Source of the DNA: Heptranchias perlo
Taxonomy: Eukaryota
NCBI RefSeq assembly: GCF_035084215.1
Contig: NC_090360.1
Coordinates: forward strand, 10,292,001-10,356,000
DNA length: 64,000 nucleotides
Direction of reading: 5' to 3'
In this document: in pieces, positions 37,501-52,500 of the stretch
Numbering within the stretch: position 1 is the first letter of the stretch
How the letters are laid out: every line of letters starts with the position of its first letter
Notes under the pieces: model-generated
Database searches by the model: none
Told to the model about the DNA's origin: nothing
Seen by the model: the letters and a program-made list of their open reading frames with translations, nothing else
Made by a program: the position numbers and the translations under genes

Positions 37501-40500
37501 TTTTTGCAGTAATACACTTGGATGGAAAATACTCCCCCTAAAGATATCAACTTTTTATTTTCGTGTTAGCAACAAAATAGATTGTTGATAAAGAGTGATG
37601 TTATTGCTCCTGTTTACCTGACTCGGCCGAACATTTTTGTCAAACAGTTGTCTTTCTGGGTTATCCAGTTTGTGTCAAAGCACCTCAGACCCCACTGAAT
37701 GTATCTAGACTTGGAGATGCTTGAAGCTGGACAAAGTTCTGCTGCAACAATCTCAGCTCAAGTCCTCACATAAACGGTGTCTGTTTTTTCAAATGATTGG
37801 AAGTACAGTTCTGACATTGAAAAGGACTTGTCCATTATAGATAGAATATAGGACAGATGGCTGGGTGGGAGGGGGCTTGGAAGGAGAACATGATGTTACA
37901 CCTACTGACCTTGAATGGTCACACATGAACAATACCAGAGTGCTGTTGGTGACGGTGTAACCATTCTCCAGCAGAGAATCACTGGCTTGAGGAGAGAAGA
38001 GGATGGGAAAAACACTCTGTTTGGAACCACTTCCACTCCAGAATCATCCAATTCCTGGGGGGCCCTTTAATTCTCACTTTATCCCTGAATGCTATCCACT
38101 GGTTATTTACTTTGTTAATATGCCACTGTTCTCAATTTTTATCCATTTCAATTAACTTTGCTTTAAGCATTTTCTCCTCTCTCCTGCTTATGACATTACT
38201 CCCTCACTGGAGTGGAGTTCTACAGGTAGCTGTTACCCTCTAGTGCCTCACCCCAGTGTACATTGTTCACTGTGAGTCTGAATCATGTTTGCTAGCAGGC
38301 TATTCCACCGTGAGTCTTGTCCTCACCCGTTGTTCACAGATTCGTCCTTCCAGTATGGATACTGTATAGCAATCAGGAGCAGGAACCTGGATTAATTTCC
38401 CTCCTAACCCAAGGGCACTGCAGCAAATTTCAGCTCAGATTGAACTTGGGAACTTCCTGATATCTTACGGCTTAGAAACAGAGGGAGTGAATTTCCATGG
38501 GGTTTATCCTCTTCAGCCCCCAAAACTGTGGCAGGGGAGCTGCGGAAACCCCAGAAAAATAAGTAAAGGGAGCAGGAGAACCCCCTGGGACTTTACCCTA
38601 AACACATTTCAGGTCAGGTTGTTTTGACACAACTGCTGTTCAGAAAGGAAACCTGTTAAATGCAGATCAAACTAAATGTTCAGTTTCAGAATTTAGAGTA
38701 AAGTTTTATGGTCTTGGTGCCTGTTAAGATATTATTTGGAAAAATATTATATGCTCAATTTGTAATTTATAAGAAATAGAATTATACGAAGTATTCAATT
38801 TATACATTAGGGTTCGGGTTAGGGTTAAGCCCTCAATCTGCTGTTTAAGCAAGCAAAGGCCCATTTGACATGTTTGTTTATCTGAATCCTGTCAGGTGAC
38901 CCCAATGTCCATCCTGAGCCAATTAAAGGTTTAAGAGGAGATTTACTGTGATAATTTATAAGCAAATACTTAACAACTGGAACACTGAAACATACTAAAT
39001 TCATTATACACTTTGTAAACATTTGGCTAATGGCACATTCTTGAGAAACTTGCCGTGTATAGAATATGGAGAACAATGGGAGAAGAGGCACAAAGTTGTA
39101 GCAAAATAACCCTGAAATTGCGCTGTTGGACACTAGAGTACAAGTACTGAAGACATTTGTTTGAAATTCCTCTCTCTGCTATTTCAGTGGAGCTGCCAAC
39201 CTGCTTAAAATAATTGGGCTAATGTCTCCACTGAAATAGGAGAGAGAGGAATTTCAGACAAATGCAGTAAGAGTTTGTACGATAATAAAGCCCCCAACTT
39301 GGCTTCAGCAATGAAATGGTTCTGGAGACATTGTAAAGAATATAGTTATTGTAATCTTGAGATTGTGTTCCATCTATACTCACTTCAGCAGGTACAACTG
39401 TTACATTTAAGTGCTTTTCAACAGTTGGTGGACTTACTATACATTTTCATTATTTTGAATGCACTATGGCACTTAACTCCACTTTTGTTGTTTTAGCCCC
39501 TTATGATGGCAGAAGGATGTACAGTAAGTCAAGGAAAATGGTACTGTGCATGCATTAAAGGATTTTTCATGCACGTGTACTGGCAAATTGTACCAGCATT
39601 TGGTGGTAAGTGCCATATTGAGCTCAAAATAATTGAAATGTTTTTGGCTTTGTAACTACTTGGTCTATTGAGGGAGGAGGATCGAATACCTGGACACTGG
39701 GAGAATGTGTCCTCTGTGCATTATGTGTAATGAAATCTAAAACCCATTTAAAAAGAATGGGCTCAAAATTCCTGCATCCCTGTCCCACTCCTGGAAGTGA
39801 AACAGGACGAGACTTCTGGGCAGTGGGCTGCTTAGGATATAGATCCCATCTTAAATCTGCTTGAGATGTTTGGGGCCTGTATTGAGCCCATGCCTGCTCT
39901 CATTAGAGCAGCTTTGCTGGGCCTAAGGGTGGGCATGCTGGCCCAGGTTTCCCAGGGTAGCTATGGGAGTACCTCTAGATCCAACCCCAAACCTGGCTCC
40001 AGGCGTAGGGAGAGTGGGTGGAAGACTTGCATGATCCCTTTGATCACAATTTGGGACACAACGTAAACAGGGTGGAAACCCACTGGATCTGGGTTCCTCC
40101 CCAGATTCCTGCCCCCCCCCCCAGGTAAGTAATCCGCCCGAATAACACCCTCTCCCACTCCAGGAATTATGGGCCCAACAGAAGTTATATGGTTTTATTA
40201 CACACAGGAAAACTTCTATCACCATGCTGGAATATGTGTCCTGTTTATCTGGTGATGTTGACAGACTGGAAAAAAAAATTCTAAGATAAAACTTAAAAGG
40301 GGCATTTTCATCACAAAAAAAAAGGGTTTGGCAAACCTTCACTTTTTGGAGTGAGAGGAGCCAAGCTGTAATCACGATGTCACACAAAATGTGATACATT
40401 CTGAATTAATTTACATCACGCATTAGACTTGGAAATAAATGGGAAAAAATGCTTGCCAGACACTTATTCAAGTAGCCAGTGCAGTTGTAAAGAGAAGAGC

Positions 40501-43500
40501 CACTGAAACCCAACAGAAACTCGTGCATTTTGGCCTTTGTTTAATTGGATTTTGTTTCTAATTATGTGGATTGCTCTACTTAAACCTCCAACTACGCCTT
40601 GGAATTTTAAAAAAATATAATATTACTCACAGATCAGCCCCTGTTCCATAGATCGAATACTTGATTTCTCCCCACATCCCTGAGTCAGGATCATTTGCCT
40701 ATGAAGATAATCAAAGTCCTGAATAGTGACAAGGTTGGTGCTATTTATATTATAATATTTGATAGCTATTTACTCACCTGCTGCAAAAAATACACGAAAA
40801 TGAATGCGGCAGTCACATGATGCCATATACAACATGATTCATTTACCTGAGTTATTAATTCTCCACCTATTTCTCCCCTCCATGTTCAGTTGCCTTGGTT
40901 CGTAACAGTGAGAAAAGTAAATAAGAGCACTTGTGTGCTTCTGGATTTACTTTGAGAATGTAATTACCAACATAAAGGGAGGTAGTGAGTGATATAGGAG
41001 ATTTGTATGAAAGTGGGACCATTTCAAGAAGTTATAGGGTACAGTAGTGTAGTGGTTATGGTACTGGGCTAACAACCCAGGGGTCATGAGTTCAAATTCC
41101 ACCAGAAATATCTGGTCATTTGTGGGCAAGCACCAGACAATGACCATAAAAGCTGTTGGATTGTTGTAAAAACTCAACTGGTTCATTAATATCCTTCAAG
41201 GAAAGGAATCTGGTCTGGCCGACATGTGGCCCCTGTCCCATACTACATGGCTGACTCTTAATGCCCTCAGAGCAGCTATAGATGGGCAATAAATACTGCT
41301 TTGTCGGTGTTGCCCACATCTCAAGAACAAAGCTGCTGAAGAATGGAATTGCTGACTTTGCATTAGTAACTCAGCACCAGGACTGTTTTGACATTAGAAA
41401 CTCCATGGCTCCCCTGATAGCCTAGTGATAAAAGGGCGTCAGCAATTGTAAAGTTGAACCCCAAGAAGAGTCATTGCTTTCAGGGACCGTGAGGAGAAAG
41501 TACATTGGCAAAAAGCTAGATGCACTGTGGGATTTGCTTTGTAGATGTTAATTGTATCCATGTGATTTATATCAATTAGTGCTAATTGTATTCAGGTGGT
41601 ATATATCAGACGCAGCTCTCTTGTATCCATGTAAAAGAGAGCTGATCTAGGGTGTGGTATGTGTAATGTGGAGCTCTGTGAATAAAGGTTAGGAAGCAAC
41701 TGAAAATCAGGCTCTAGTATTCTATCCAGCTTATAGCAGTAGAGGTGGACACAGAGTGGATGATACCATGCCTGGAGCCATTTTTGAGGTGACGCAGTTG
41801 TGAAAATGTGCAGGGAACCCAAATTTAATTTCAATTGGAATTAGTGTAAGGTTGCTGAATGTCAGCAGACTATTCAAGCATTGAGGGTATCACAATGGAG
41901 CCCAACCCTGCCTCCATCTGATATCCACATATGAAGATTTGGCAGCAGTGGTTACTGGATAGAAATCAGGCTTACTTTCCCCTCCCTAGGACCATTGCAA
42001 CCAATTGTCGCTGCCCTACTACCACACCGGCTGAGACCAGCTAACTTAGCACAGACTGGGAGTCAAACCTGGGACCTGCTAGTCTGCAAGGCTATGCCTT
42101 TGCCAACTGAGCCACCTGGGGAGCTACTTTAAAAGGAAAGCTTTACGAGATCGTTACACAAACATCCTTCACTTACAGTTACACATATAACGGGAGACCC
42201 CCCGGGTGAGTTCTCTGGAATCCGTGCAACGTAGAATTCGGAAGTGAACTTGGGAATATTGTCATTTGTGTCCACCAGATGAATGATAATGTCAGCTGTG
42301 GAACTGAATTTTTCCGGAGTGTCCGATTCGACAGCAAGGAGCTACAGGGAAGCAATAGCATTTTTATTGAAGTAGCAAAATTTCCGTTAATCCAAATTGA
42401 CAAAACCTACTTGGATCCCAAAACTCATGTACCTTAAAAGTAAACACTTGGAGCTTTTCATAGTCAATGGCAGCCGAGTTCTCCACTATTATCGTGACTT
42501 GTGCTTCATTGAGGACAGTTTGGGGAATAACTCGGAATATACCTTCAGGCCCCACCAGCCTCAGGCTGAATTGTGCGTTTGTTCCCTGAAGCAAAAATGA
42601 AATGTTGTTACAGATTTGTTTGCTCTCTGTTATTTAGTTCCAGAGTGTTGAAGGGATCCTGTTCTCGGTAAAATGTTTGGCAAATCTTTTCTTCCATTGC
42701 TATTTGGGATGGAAGGAAAGCCTGAAGAACCCTGCACAATTTTCATCAGAATAATACACATTGGTGGTGTCACGGTGCATTTTGACACAATTTACACCAT
42801 TCTATCACGTGTTTGTAAACAAATTTTAAAAATGTTTAGCAAGTATTATATCCTTGAATACCTTGACTTTTTAATATTTTGCACAGAGGTTTTTATTCAC
42901 GAAGCCTTTAAGTACTCTTTGGCTGTTTTATATGAAGCCAATGATGCCAGGTTTACTTGTTATCTAGATTCAGTCCAGTCAACATAATTCAAGCCAGTTA
43001 CTGTCATTGAGTTGGGTTTGATGAATCAAATAGATGTATCCTTACCACATGTCAGATACCAATCAGTCTTCCACCAGAATGTCAAGGACACACAAGTATC
43101 ATAAGGCTACTGGAAGCCTCAGTACCAGATGTACAGGTATTGCACATTCTACTACCATAAGATTGTACACTCACTCCCAACCCAATTGGATTACCAGAGA
43201 TGCATACTCCCCCTGGAATTCATTTCCTTCAATGGATCACCAGTCACATGGTATGTTTGTTTTAGGTTTTAAGTAATTTTTAAAAGATACCGGGGATTAT
43301 GTTGGATAACCCCTGAAAACGGGCGTTGGGCTCAAGGTGCGCGATTAACCCTTGCCCAGTCGGAGCAATGCAGGCAGCACATAACATTCATGCTGCCTGG
43401 CGATTTCAATAATTGCTGCGTGCAGCCAGTGCTACCTGCGCTGTTGATTGGCTGCACGTACCAGCAGGGGGCCCCGATATTGGGAGTGGCTAGCACTACT

Positions 43501-46500
43501 TAAAGGCAGCCTGCACCTCTTGAAGGGGGGATGCCCTGTGGCTGCAGGAAGTCCTTTGGGAAGTAACTCTGTGCTGGAAGATATTGAAGAATGGCTGGGC
43601 CTGGGAGACAGCGTGCACCAAGGTGCTCTGATGTGGAGCATCCATGGCAACATGCGTGCAGTCAATGGCACCCTGCACCATGGGGAATCCTGCAATGTGA
43701 GCAAACCTTAATGCTCGCTCATGTTGCTTGTCTCTAGCAAGAGTGAACGAGATGAATCTGTTTTGGTGTGCGTACAGCGCCTCAGTGACCTCCCTTATAC
43801 AGCGATGCACTGCAAACTGTGAGATGTTGCTTATACCTCCAGTAGCAGCCTGAAAGGAGACAGAGCCATAAAAATTAAGTGTCATGGTTAACTTGACAGC
43901 CTTGCCCTGCTCTGAGGCAGCAGTTGTGGCTGCAGCAATTGACAAATTTCTAACGCAACGTCTTTAGTGAACTGCAGCCGTCGGATGCATTGGTCATCAC
44001 TGAAGATGAGTAAAGAGAATTGATCCCTGAATACCCTCGTTGGATATAGCCTCCTGCTGAGTGCCCTGCACCTCTTCCTCCTCGTTCTTCTGGCAGCTTG
44101 TCCTGCTCTGTGTGACCTCTCTGCATGCTCCCAGTCATATTCAATTCCCAGAGGAAGCCCTAGCAGGCCACCCATGTCTGGAAGCAACTTTTTTTCAGCA
44201 CACTATTTTAAATGCCATTAACAGTACTGCAAGGCCAACCAGACAACTCTCTATAGACTATTGCAGCTTTCTCCAAGTATAGGAAACTTCCACAAACATG
44301 CACAATTGTACCAGCAGCCAGAATAACTAATCCAGCAACTGACCTGTAACTCCTGCATGATCCCTTTAAATAGTGCTGGTAGAGGGGGGTTCTTCATGCC
44401 GATTAAGTCCTGTTCAGCTGTGCGATGTTAAGACAGTGTGTTGGCTGGAGCTTGGAGTTCCAAATTGCACACTAATTTATGTCATAATCGCCCTACTCTA
44501 CACGCTGCCAGCATTCGTTAGGTGCGCGTGCGCAAACGCCTTTACCAAGATGGCGTCCTGTGCACTTCACGTCGGAAGTGTGCATACGTGCGCACCTCGG
44601 ACGCCATTTTGGGGACTTTGGAGCCTACAAAACGGGCGTTACACGGCCCAATTTCGTCCCCATTGTGGTTCCAGTCATAAATGCATGTTGCAAACTTGCC
44701 CTCTGTTAATTACAACAGTGAAACGGGTAGCAATAGAATAGAGTGCTTCTGAATGGGGACAATTTATTCCAATGCACATGTGCCACCATATTTTAAAGGG
44801 ATAATCCACCCCAAACCCAAAATGATACATTTGAGCCAAAATTCGGACATTTGCAGAGAAATGATCCAGTATTGGATACTCCTGGTTTCCAATTCAGTTT
44901 AGGTTTCAGCCTGATCAGTACCCCAGGTAGTACAAATCTGTCAGCACAGAATACTTTGATAAGAGCAAGAAATGGCTATGAAACATCCACAATGATTACT
45001 GTAATGAACTGCCTGATGGACTGGGGCTGTTACTGTAAATCACAACTTCAGTTACATGGGTGAGATGGGTATAGAGGGATATGGGCCAAGTGCAGGCAAT
45101 TGGGACTAGCTTAGTGGTATAAACTGGGCGACATGGACATGTTGGGCCGAAGGGCCTGTTTCCATGCTGTAAACTTCTATGATTCTATTCTCTGCATACA
45201 TTGCTAACATCAAAGAGATTTTAAAGAATGTTTTAAACCAGCAGATGGCAATATATTCATGAAATAATTTCAAAGAGGTCCTTAATAAGCTCTGACAAAG
45301 ACTGCTTTGCTGTTCCATATAAATTTATATAATGGTATTTTCATCTGAACTCGGTAATCTGTGATGTATTCTGTACGCTTTGACTGTAAAACAAGTAAAC
45401 AAACCTGATCAGAGTCATTTACTGTTATTTTTAGTCCTCGCAGTATCTCTCCTTCTGGGGGGTGTTCATGCATTGTAATCTCGAATTCCGACTGTGGACC
45501 ATTTTCACCATAAAAGGTGGGGAGATGATTATTGAGATCCACCACTCGGATTGTCACCATAGCTGTCGTAAACACTAGTAAGTCAACATCTGGGTTAACT
45601 TCTGAGACCTTGTACAAAACACAATAAAGCATCTGTGTCAGTTACGACTGTACTGTCATGTTTCACTTATGAGTATCAGTAGGAATACATGGTCTGATTG
45701 GCTTGATGACGCATGGCTCAGGAGTACCAGTGCACTGCACTGTGGAATCAGATGATGTGGCTCCATAGTGCAACCCACCACTTACTGAGTTACCAACTCA
45801 ATTTCACTGCTGTGGAAGTCCCAAATGAAGCTCGGACATTTCCCCATTAGAAATGTCGGCCTGAACTGCTCTGAGGCAACAGGCAATTTTAGAGCATCAC
45901 TGGAGGTGGTTTGACAGCAGATCACCTGCCGGCCGCCCTGGCTAATTATAGCGTAAGGCAAAGGAGACCCATTTAAAGGAGGAAAATAACTTGAAATAAA
46001 GGCAGTCTTTCTTTCATTAAAAAAAATGTAATGCTTATAAGACCAAAGCCTATATTGCAATACACATTCCCATCTTTTTAACTACGTTTATGTACCTCCT
46101 GATCTTTGATTCACAATTTTTCAACTGAGAGGAGGAACAGACAGGCTGCTTCAGTCTTTAGCCAATACCATGTGGGTGGGGGGTGTAGGATAGTGACCCA
46201 CCTGCTACATTTGCTTCTCTCCCTCTGGGGAGGTCTGTCACCTCTGCTTGAAACTTTCGGTGCAGGCGAATCACAGGGATGATCCCTTGTTCTACTGCTC
46301 TATGGTGCAGTTTGTTGAAGCATCAAATGACTGCCCTCTCTTTATAAAGAAGTCAACCACTAATATTGTTGAGTTACTTTAGTTTTATTTTTGTGCAATT
46401 AACATAACACAAAAAATCTGAGCAGAATATTAAAGAGTGCCAATTCTACAAGTGTTCAGACCCATGGTATTGGTGAAACAACCTAATGCAGATGATTAGG

Positions 46501-49500
46501 TTGTTTCTTCTACATTGTTTCAGCTACATTCTTCATAGATTAAGATAGATTTAACGTTCATTTCAATGGGAAATGATTGTTAGCAGTTATGGGCCTTCAA
46601 ATGACACTATGAATATTAATGCACTCACACTTAACACATTTTATGAGGCATAAACCTGTCTTAAGTAAAGGGCTGATTCTGTGTTCAGGCATTCTTGGCA
46701 GGGAGTGCTTGCTGAGAATTCACAGGCCCACAGTGTCTGATTTTTGCATTTGTTAATTTAAATGGACAGAAAATCAGGTACTGTAGGCCCACGATTTCCA
46801 GTCCAGTACTCTCTGCGGATGTAATTCTGCGCTGGGAAAGCCCACTCATGGAAGCAGCCCATGGATGTCTTAACATTTCCATTGAAATAGTGGGATGAAA
46901 CATTTCTTAGAAACACATTAAGTGTTCATTCCCTTGTATTTATACAGATGTGAGTCCAATGCTATAGTTTCTGACTATTTATGACCCACCTGAATTAGAA
47001 GATTGTAAACCTCCTTTTTAAGAAGCGCTGTAGTTTGCAGAACAGTAATAGCTCCACTTGTGCTATTTATGTCAAAAGATCCATCATTTCCTATTAATAA
47101 ATTGCAAAGTATTGATAAAAATGAACAGTATCCAAATAATGCTGATACTTTAAAAGCCTGGCTTTACCTAGCTACTCACATGAATTGAAATTCAATCTGA
47201 TTGCCACTTTCGTACCATTCAAGTCTACCATTTAACTGAGGACACCTCACTTTCAGCAGCCACAAAGCTACATCTCCCACCTACACGGTCTGTTCAGGGA
47301 GTTGCTCATTTCACAATTCCATGGCTTTTTATTCATTTTTCTGGCTGGACAATGAGAGGAAGAGAGAAAGTAGGATGGGAAGTTGTGCCCATTTCCTGGG
47401 AACGATTGAGCAGCTGCGAAGCTGGTGCAAATCCCTGATGTGGACCTGGATAGGGAACGAGTGTTTAAATAGTGTGCGCACAGGAGACCAGGACCTGGCC
47501 CAGGCCCAAGCACAAGGGATCATACCAAAAAAAACATGGTGCCAATTCTAAACCCTACAGCCAGCCAGGCTGTGAAGAAAAAGGAGAAAAGGATCAAACA
47601 TACAAAAAATGAGAAGAGAAATGAAAAAAAGTGGGGTGAAGAGAACAAAAAGAGAGAAGAAAGGGAGAAGAGAGACAATAGGAAAAGAAAAAAGAAAATT
47701 AAAAAGTGCTGCTTTCACACTGCATCGGAGGATGAGTATCAGTTCCATTATCACAGGAATGTGAGTGATGTTTTTACATCACGCTGATATTGTTGTGAAA
47801 TTATGAAAGCAGAGCCTCCTGCATCCGTCAGTCACATGCACGGAGAGCTGCTCGCTGATCTCCCACTGCTGGTGTGATTCTTAGTGATTGAAAAGAGCTG
47901 AGAAGATGGTCAACTCTTCAATCATTCAAATGTGAAGTGATTGCACAGTTTGTGCCTTGACTACTCTTTATGGCCTCTGGACTCTTTAGTTGAATATTGA
48001 TTACATCCCATAAAATGTTTTCAAGCATTTCCCTAGTCTTAGGCTGACTGATTCCTAAACATGTGGGATTCATTCAAATACACTCACATTAGCACCAACA
48101 CAAGACCTGCTCTAAGGCAGCTCTGGTTTGCACTGGTACTGATTAAAAGCATAGAACTTTGCCAATTTATGGCGATAAGTGGAGATCAGATTTCATGTCC
48201 AGTAACATTACAACTGTGACAAGTAAAATGTGGGCCACCGCCACGGTTCATTGTTAAAATTCTGTTCTGCACTCCATCACGTAGTTCAGGGATGTCCCAG
48301 GTTTTTGTCTTCATTGGCCACGTAGGTGGGCACCGTGGATCTTTGGAGGGGGCCACATATAAGGGCAAACTCAGCGAGGCTGCACTTCTGGAGTGGAACC
48401 TCTCGAGATAGGAGCACAAGTCGGAGATAAGGATATATCATGATAAGCCTGTTTCTTCAACCCACACTCCCACTTCACTGAATTTGCCCTTTCACACTTA
48501 AATCCATGTTCCTTTTAATTTGAAAATATCTCAGGTTGGTGATACTAACATAACTTGGTGTTCAGACTTCGGATTTATCCACCAATAAGGCAACAGCCGC
48601 CGAGTCCATGAATTTCAAACAGGACAAACCAGTAATTAAAAAAAAAATAAGTGCAAATAAAACTGAGTTGTTTGGGTTTGAACTGCATGGGCTCACACAG
48701 CCTGCAGTTCGAACATCTCCGACATAGGCGATGGGGTCACTTTCATCCTGAAATTTTACTTACCGTATGCAATATTGTAACGGATTGGATTTGGGTTCCC
48801 ACGGTCTCCATCATAGGCCATCACACTAAATATTTCCGAACCCTAAAGCGAAAATTAAAATATGTTGTTTGTATGAAACTGCACAATGTTTTCTTACCCG
48901 CTTTATTAATATGAGGTTTTTTATATCAATAAGCTATTGATTATTTTATCCAATTTCATTTCTGTGGACTTCCTGCAACAGCCCCCAAAGACATCCTGCC
49001 AATGTCACTATGTAACCAGCCACTAGGAGCCTTCTCTCCTTTTGCTACCTCTTAACAATTGCACTCATGCGACTCACAGGTGCAAATGTATGTCTTCCAC
49101 CCATGGTGCAGTCCATTGGAGCTCCAGCAAGCTGTGGCTATTGCATTGTCCTAAGCATAGATCTTTTCCAAGTTGGTGACTTTTCCCCTTTAAACTTTCT
49201 ATCAAGCACAGCCAACAAATTCCTCCACAGGGTTGCTGCCAAGTTATCTTATTCTATGGTTTGCACTTCCTGGAGTCAAGTTATAGAAAACAGCAGATGT
49301 TTGACCTGCCACTTAGGCACTACAACCATGTAGGCGTCAGGCGTGGCTCAGTGATAGCATTGTTGCCTCTAAGGCTGTAGGTTCGAGCCCTACTCTAGGA
49401 GCCTGAGCACATAATCTAGGCTGACACCTCTGTGCGGTACTGAGGGAGTGCTGCACTATTGGTGGTGCTGTCTTTTGGATGAGATGTTAAACCGAGGCCC

Positions 49501-52500
49501 AATCTGCCCTCTCAGGTGGACATAAAAGATCCCATGGCACTATTTTTGAAGAAGAGCATGGGAGTTCTCTCTGGTGTCCTGGCCAATCTTTATCCCTCAA
49601 CCAACATCAGTAAAAAAAAAATCAGATTATCTGGTTATTATCTCATTGCTGTTTGTGAGATCTTGCTGTGAGTATATTGGCTGCCGTATTTCCTTCATTA
49701 CAACAGTAACTACACTTCAAAAGTACTTCACTGGCTGTAAAGTGCTTTGGGATTTCCTGGTGTCAGGAAAGGCGCTATATAAATGCAAGTTCTTTCTTTT
49801 CTTTATGTCAAATTTCATAAATACTCCTTCTGATTGGTTGAGAAAAGGACTTTGAAACCAGTTTACACCCAACCAGAAGGCTCATTTTACATGAAGTGTC
49901 CAAATTCTGAAAATGGGCAATGAGCAGGTGCGGACAGGGGCAATGGCTACGTCTGAAAGGAAAGACAAATTAGAGATGAAATAAGAGAAAAAAAATGATA
50001 AAGAAGGGGTAAAGCAGAAATAACATTTTGCAACGAGCTTTGTCTGGGATATTAATTAATGCTACAGCAGTAAAGCCACAATTCAGTAGCAAGTAATTCT
50101 TGTGTTTCAGGGTGTCAAAAGCAAAATGTTAAAAATGGCTACGGCAGATATCACAAAATGCTCCGTACATATGCTACTCTAAGTGTTCATTTCCAGCAAG
50201 TGTTTGAATTAACTCTGATTATTTATTACTTTATATTCTTGATTGTTCTTTCTGAATTTCACATCTGTTCATTCTCTAACTTTCAGCAATATCTGGGAGT
50301 GCAGACAAGAGCTGCAGATTCCCCCAGTGCTCTGATGCATGTGTTGGCAGATGGGTTTGGAAATTGAATAGGAGTAGGCCATTCTGCCCTTTGAGTCTGT
50401 TCTGTCATCTCAATGTATCTTAACTCCATCTATCTGAATTGGTTCTGTAACCCTTAATACCCCTGCCTAACAAAAATCTATTAATCTCAGTTTTTGAAAT
50501 TTTCAATTGACCTAGCTTCTTGTGGGAGTTCCAGATTTCCACTACCCAAGTAGAATTGCCCCAGTCATGACAATAATTATTGGCAAATTCTCATCACTTT
50601 TTCCTCAACTGAGGATGAACTTCTTCTCACAGCTTGGCTTTGAATTCTTCGCACAATAGAAGGGCAGCCATCTTAGCTGAGCCCTGGCCATGTGACTGTC
50701 AAATGTAAACACATCCACTTACAATAGTGAATGAGCATGTGATGGGTCACAATCCAGTACTTACAGGCTGTGTATCTTCATATACATATCCAAAATATGG
50801 TGTGCCAGCAAATATGGGAGGGGTGTCCTGAATATCCACAACATTGATCGTTACGGTGGTTGTAGAAGAGCAAATTTGATACTTTCCTCTCAGCCTCCCA
50901 CCTCCATCCTAAGATAAAAGTAAAGTCAAATTTGCATTTCTTATAGATGCAACAAACTCACTAAACTTCATTTTCCCCTCTGTGCTGTAAAATTGTCAAC
51001 ATACTTTCGCTACAACAGTGACAAAATGAGCCCTGGACTTCTCGAAATCCAGAGATATACTTGGCTTTATTCGAAGGACCCCGCTGTATCGGTCCATTGA
51101 AAATTTGTTTTTACGCATATTCTGGAAGAGGTAAGAAAGAAGGAGCATCAGTTCAGTGTTGAGAACCAACAAGGAAAATCTAAACTGTTAAAATAGTTCA
51201 ATGATGAATAAGAATTAATTTCTTTAAAAAAAAATAAGGTAAAGTTCATATTTAAAAATTCAAAAATAGATGACTTATTATTCTTAAAAGCATGGTATAA
51301 ATAGAATGAGAGTAATTTTAACTTTTGGTGATAGTATAAAATGGGCAATATCAGATTGGCCACCTGTTTTCCATGTCTCCCGATTTCCCTTTCCATGAAA
51401 GTCAACGGAAAGGGAAATCAGGAGAGGTGCTTAACAAGCAGCTGATCTGAGATCATCCGTTTTACACTATCGCCAAAAGTTAAAATTACCCCCAAGACCT
51501 TCTGGTCACTGGTACATGGAAAGTATTTCAATCGTGACCCTTGTGACTTGGGATGAAAGTCTTAAACCACTCAGTTATTTCCCGTGTCCTATGGTGAACT
51601 AAGGGTGATGTTTACATTCCCTTTAATTCTCCTCAGTCTCATTCTTCCAGCTGAAATAGATTAATTTCATGCCAAATTAAGTGACATTTTTCTTTCTCTT
51701 CTGGTGTCCAAGGTATGTTAGGCTGTTACGAAAATAAGTTGTAATTATTTCTGTAGATTATTCCAAAACAGAACGTGTGCTATCTTCAGATGACTCACTG
51801 GATAAGTTCACGATGTGGAGCGGTCCTGAGCCATGTGACCAGGTACTCTCAGGTTCTATCCTTGGTGCTCATCTCAGTTGGAGCTGGGTGCTGCAATTGG
51901 CCTCAGTATCTCTGGTTGAGGGATGGGAAAAATCAGCCAGGGTCTCTTTGTGAGTGTGGCTGTTGGCTCAGGATAGTACTGAACTCAATGGTCAAATTCT
52001 CTCTTAATTCGCTGACCCTCACTATCCAGGTGTGTATGTGAAGAATGAGCATTTGGATGATTAAAAAAGGGGGTTATTAATAGGTTCTCAAATTATTGCA
52101 TTCTTAGGATTTTATTAAATATCCATGTTGACAACACCACCCTCCTCCAACGCCTCTTCTCCGTCGTCCAGCTGGGTGGGACTCCGCTCGCCTGGTTCCA
52201 TTTTTATCTATCCAGTCGTAGCCAGAGAATCACCTGCAATGGCTTCTCTTCCCGCTCCTGCACTATTACCTCTGGAGGCCCCCTTGGCCCCCTTGGCCCC
52301 CTCCTATTTCTCATCGACGTGCTGCGCCTCCGTGACATCATCCACAAACACAACGTCAGATTCCACATGTACACTGACGACACCCAGCTCTACCTCACAA
52401 CCACCTCCCTCGACCCTTCCACTGTCTCTCATTTGTCACATTGCTTGTCCAACATCTAGTACTGGATGAACAAAAATTTCCTCCAATTAAATACTGGGGA

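Noticed and set aside
38807-38829. Interstitial telomeric repeat TTAGGG TTCGGG TTAGGG TTAAG
   Set aside because: Only about 3 imperfect units, too short to distinguish from chance.
43496-43945. Domesticated HARBI1 gene
   Set aside because: Truncated after the first catalytic Asp, frameshifted, and bounded by TIRs, so it is a transposon relic.
47536-47787. Lys/Glu/Arg-rich ORF
   Set aside because: Purine-rich low-complexity tract, antisense within a CDHR1 intron, with no splice support.
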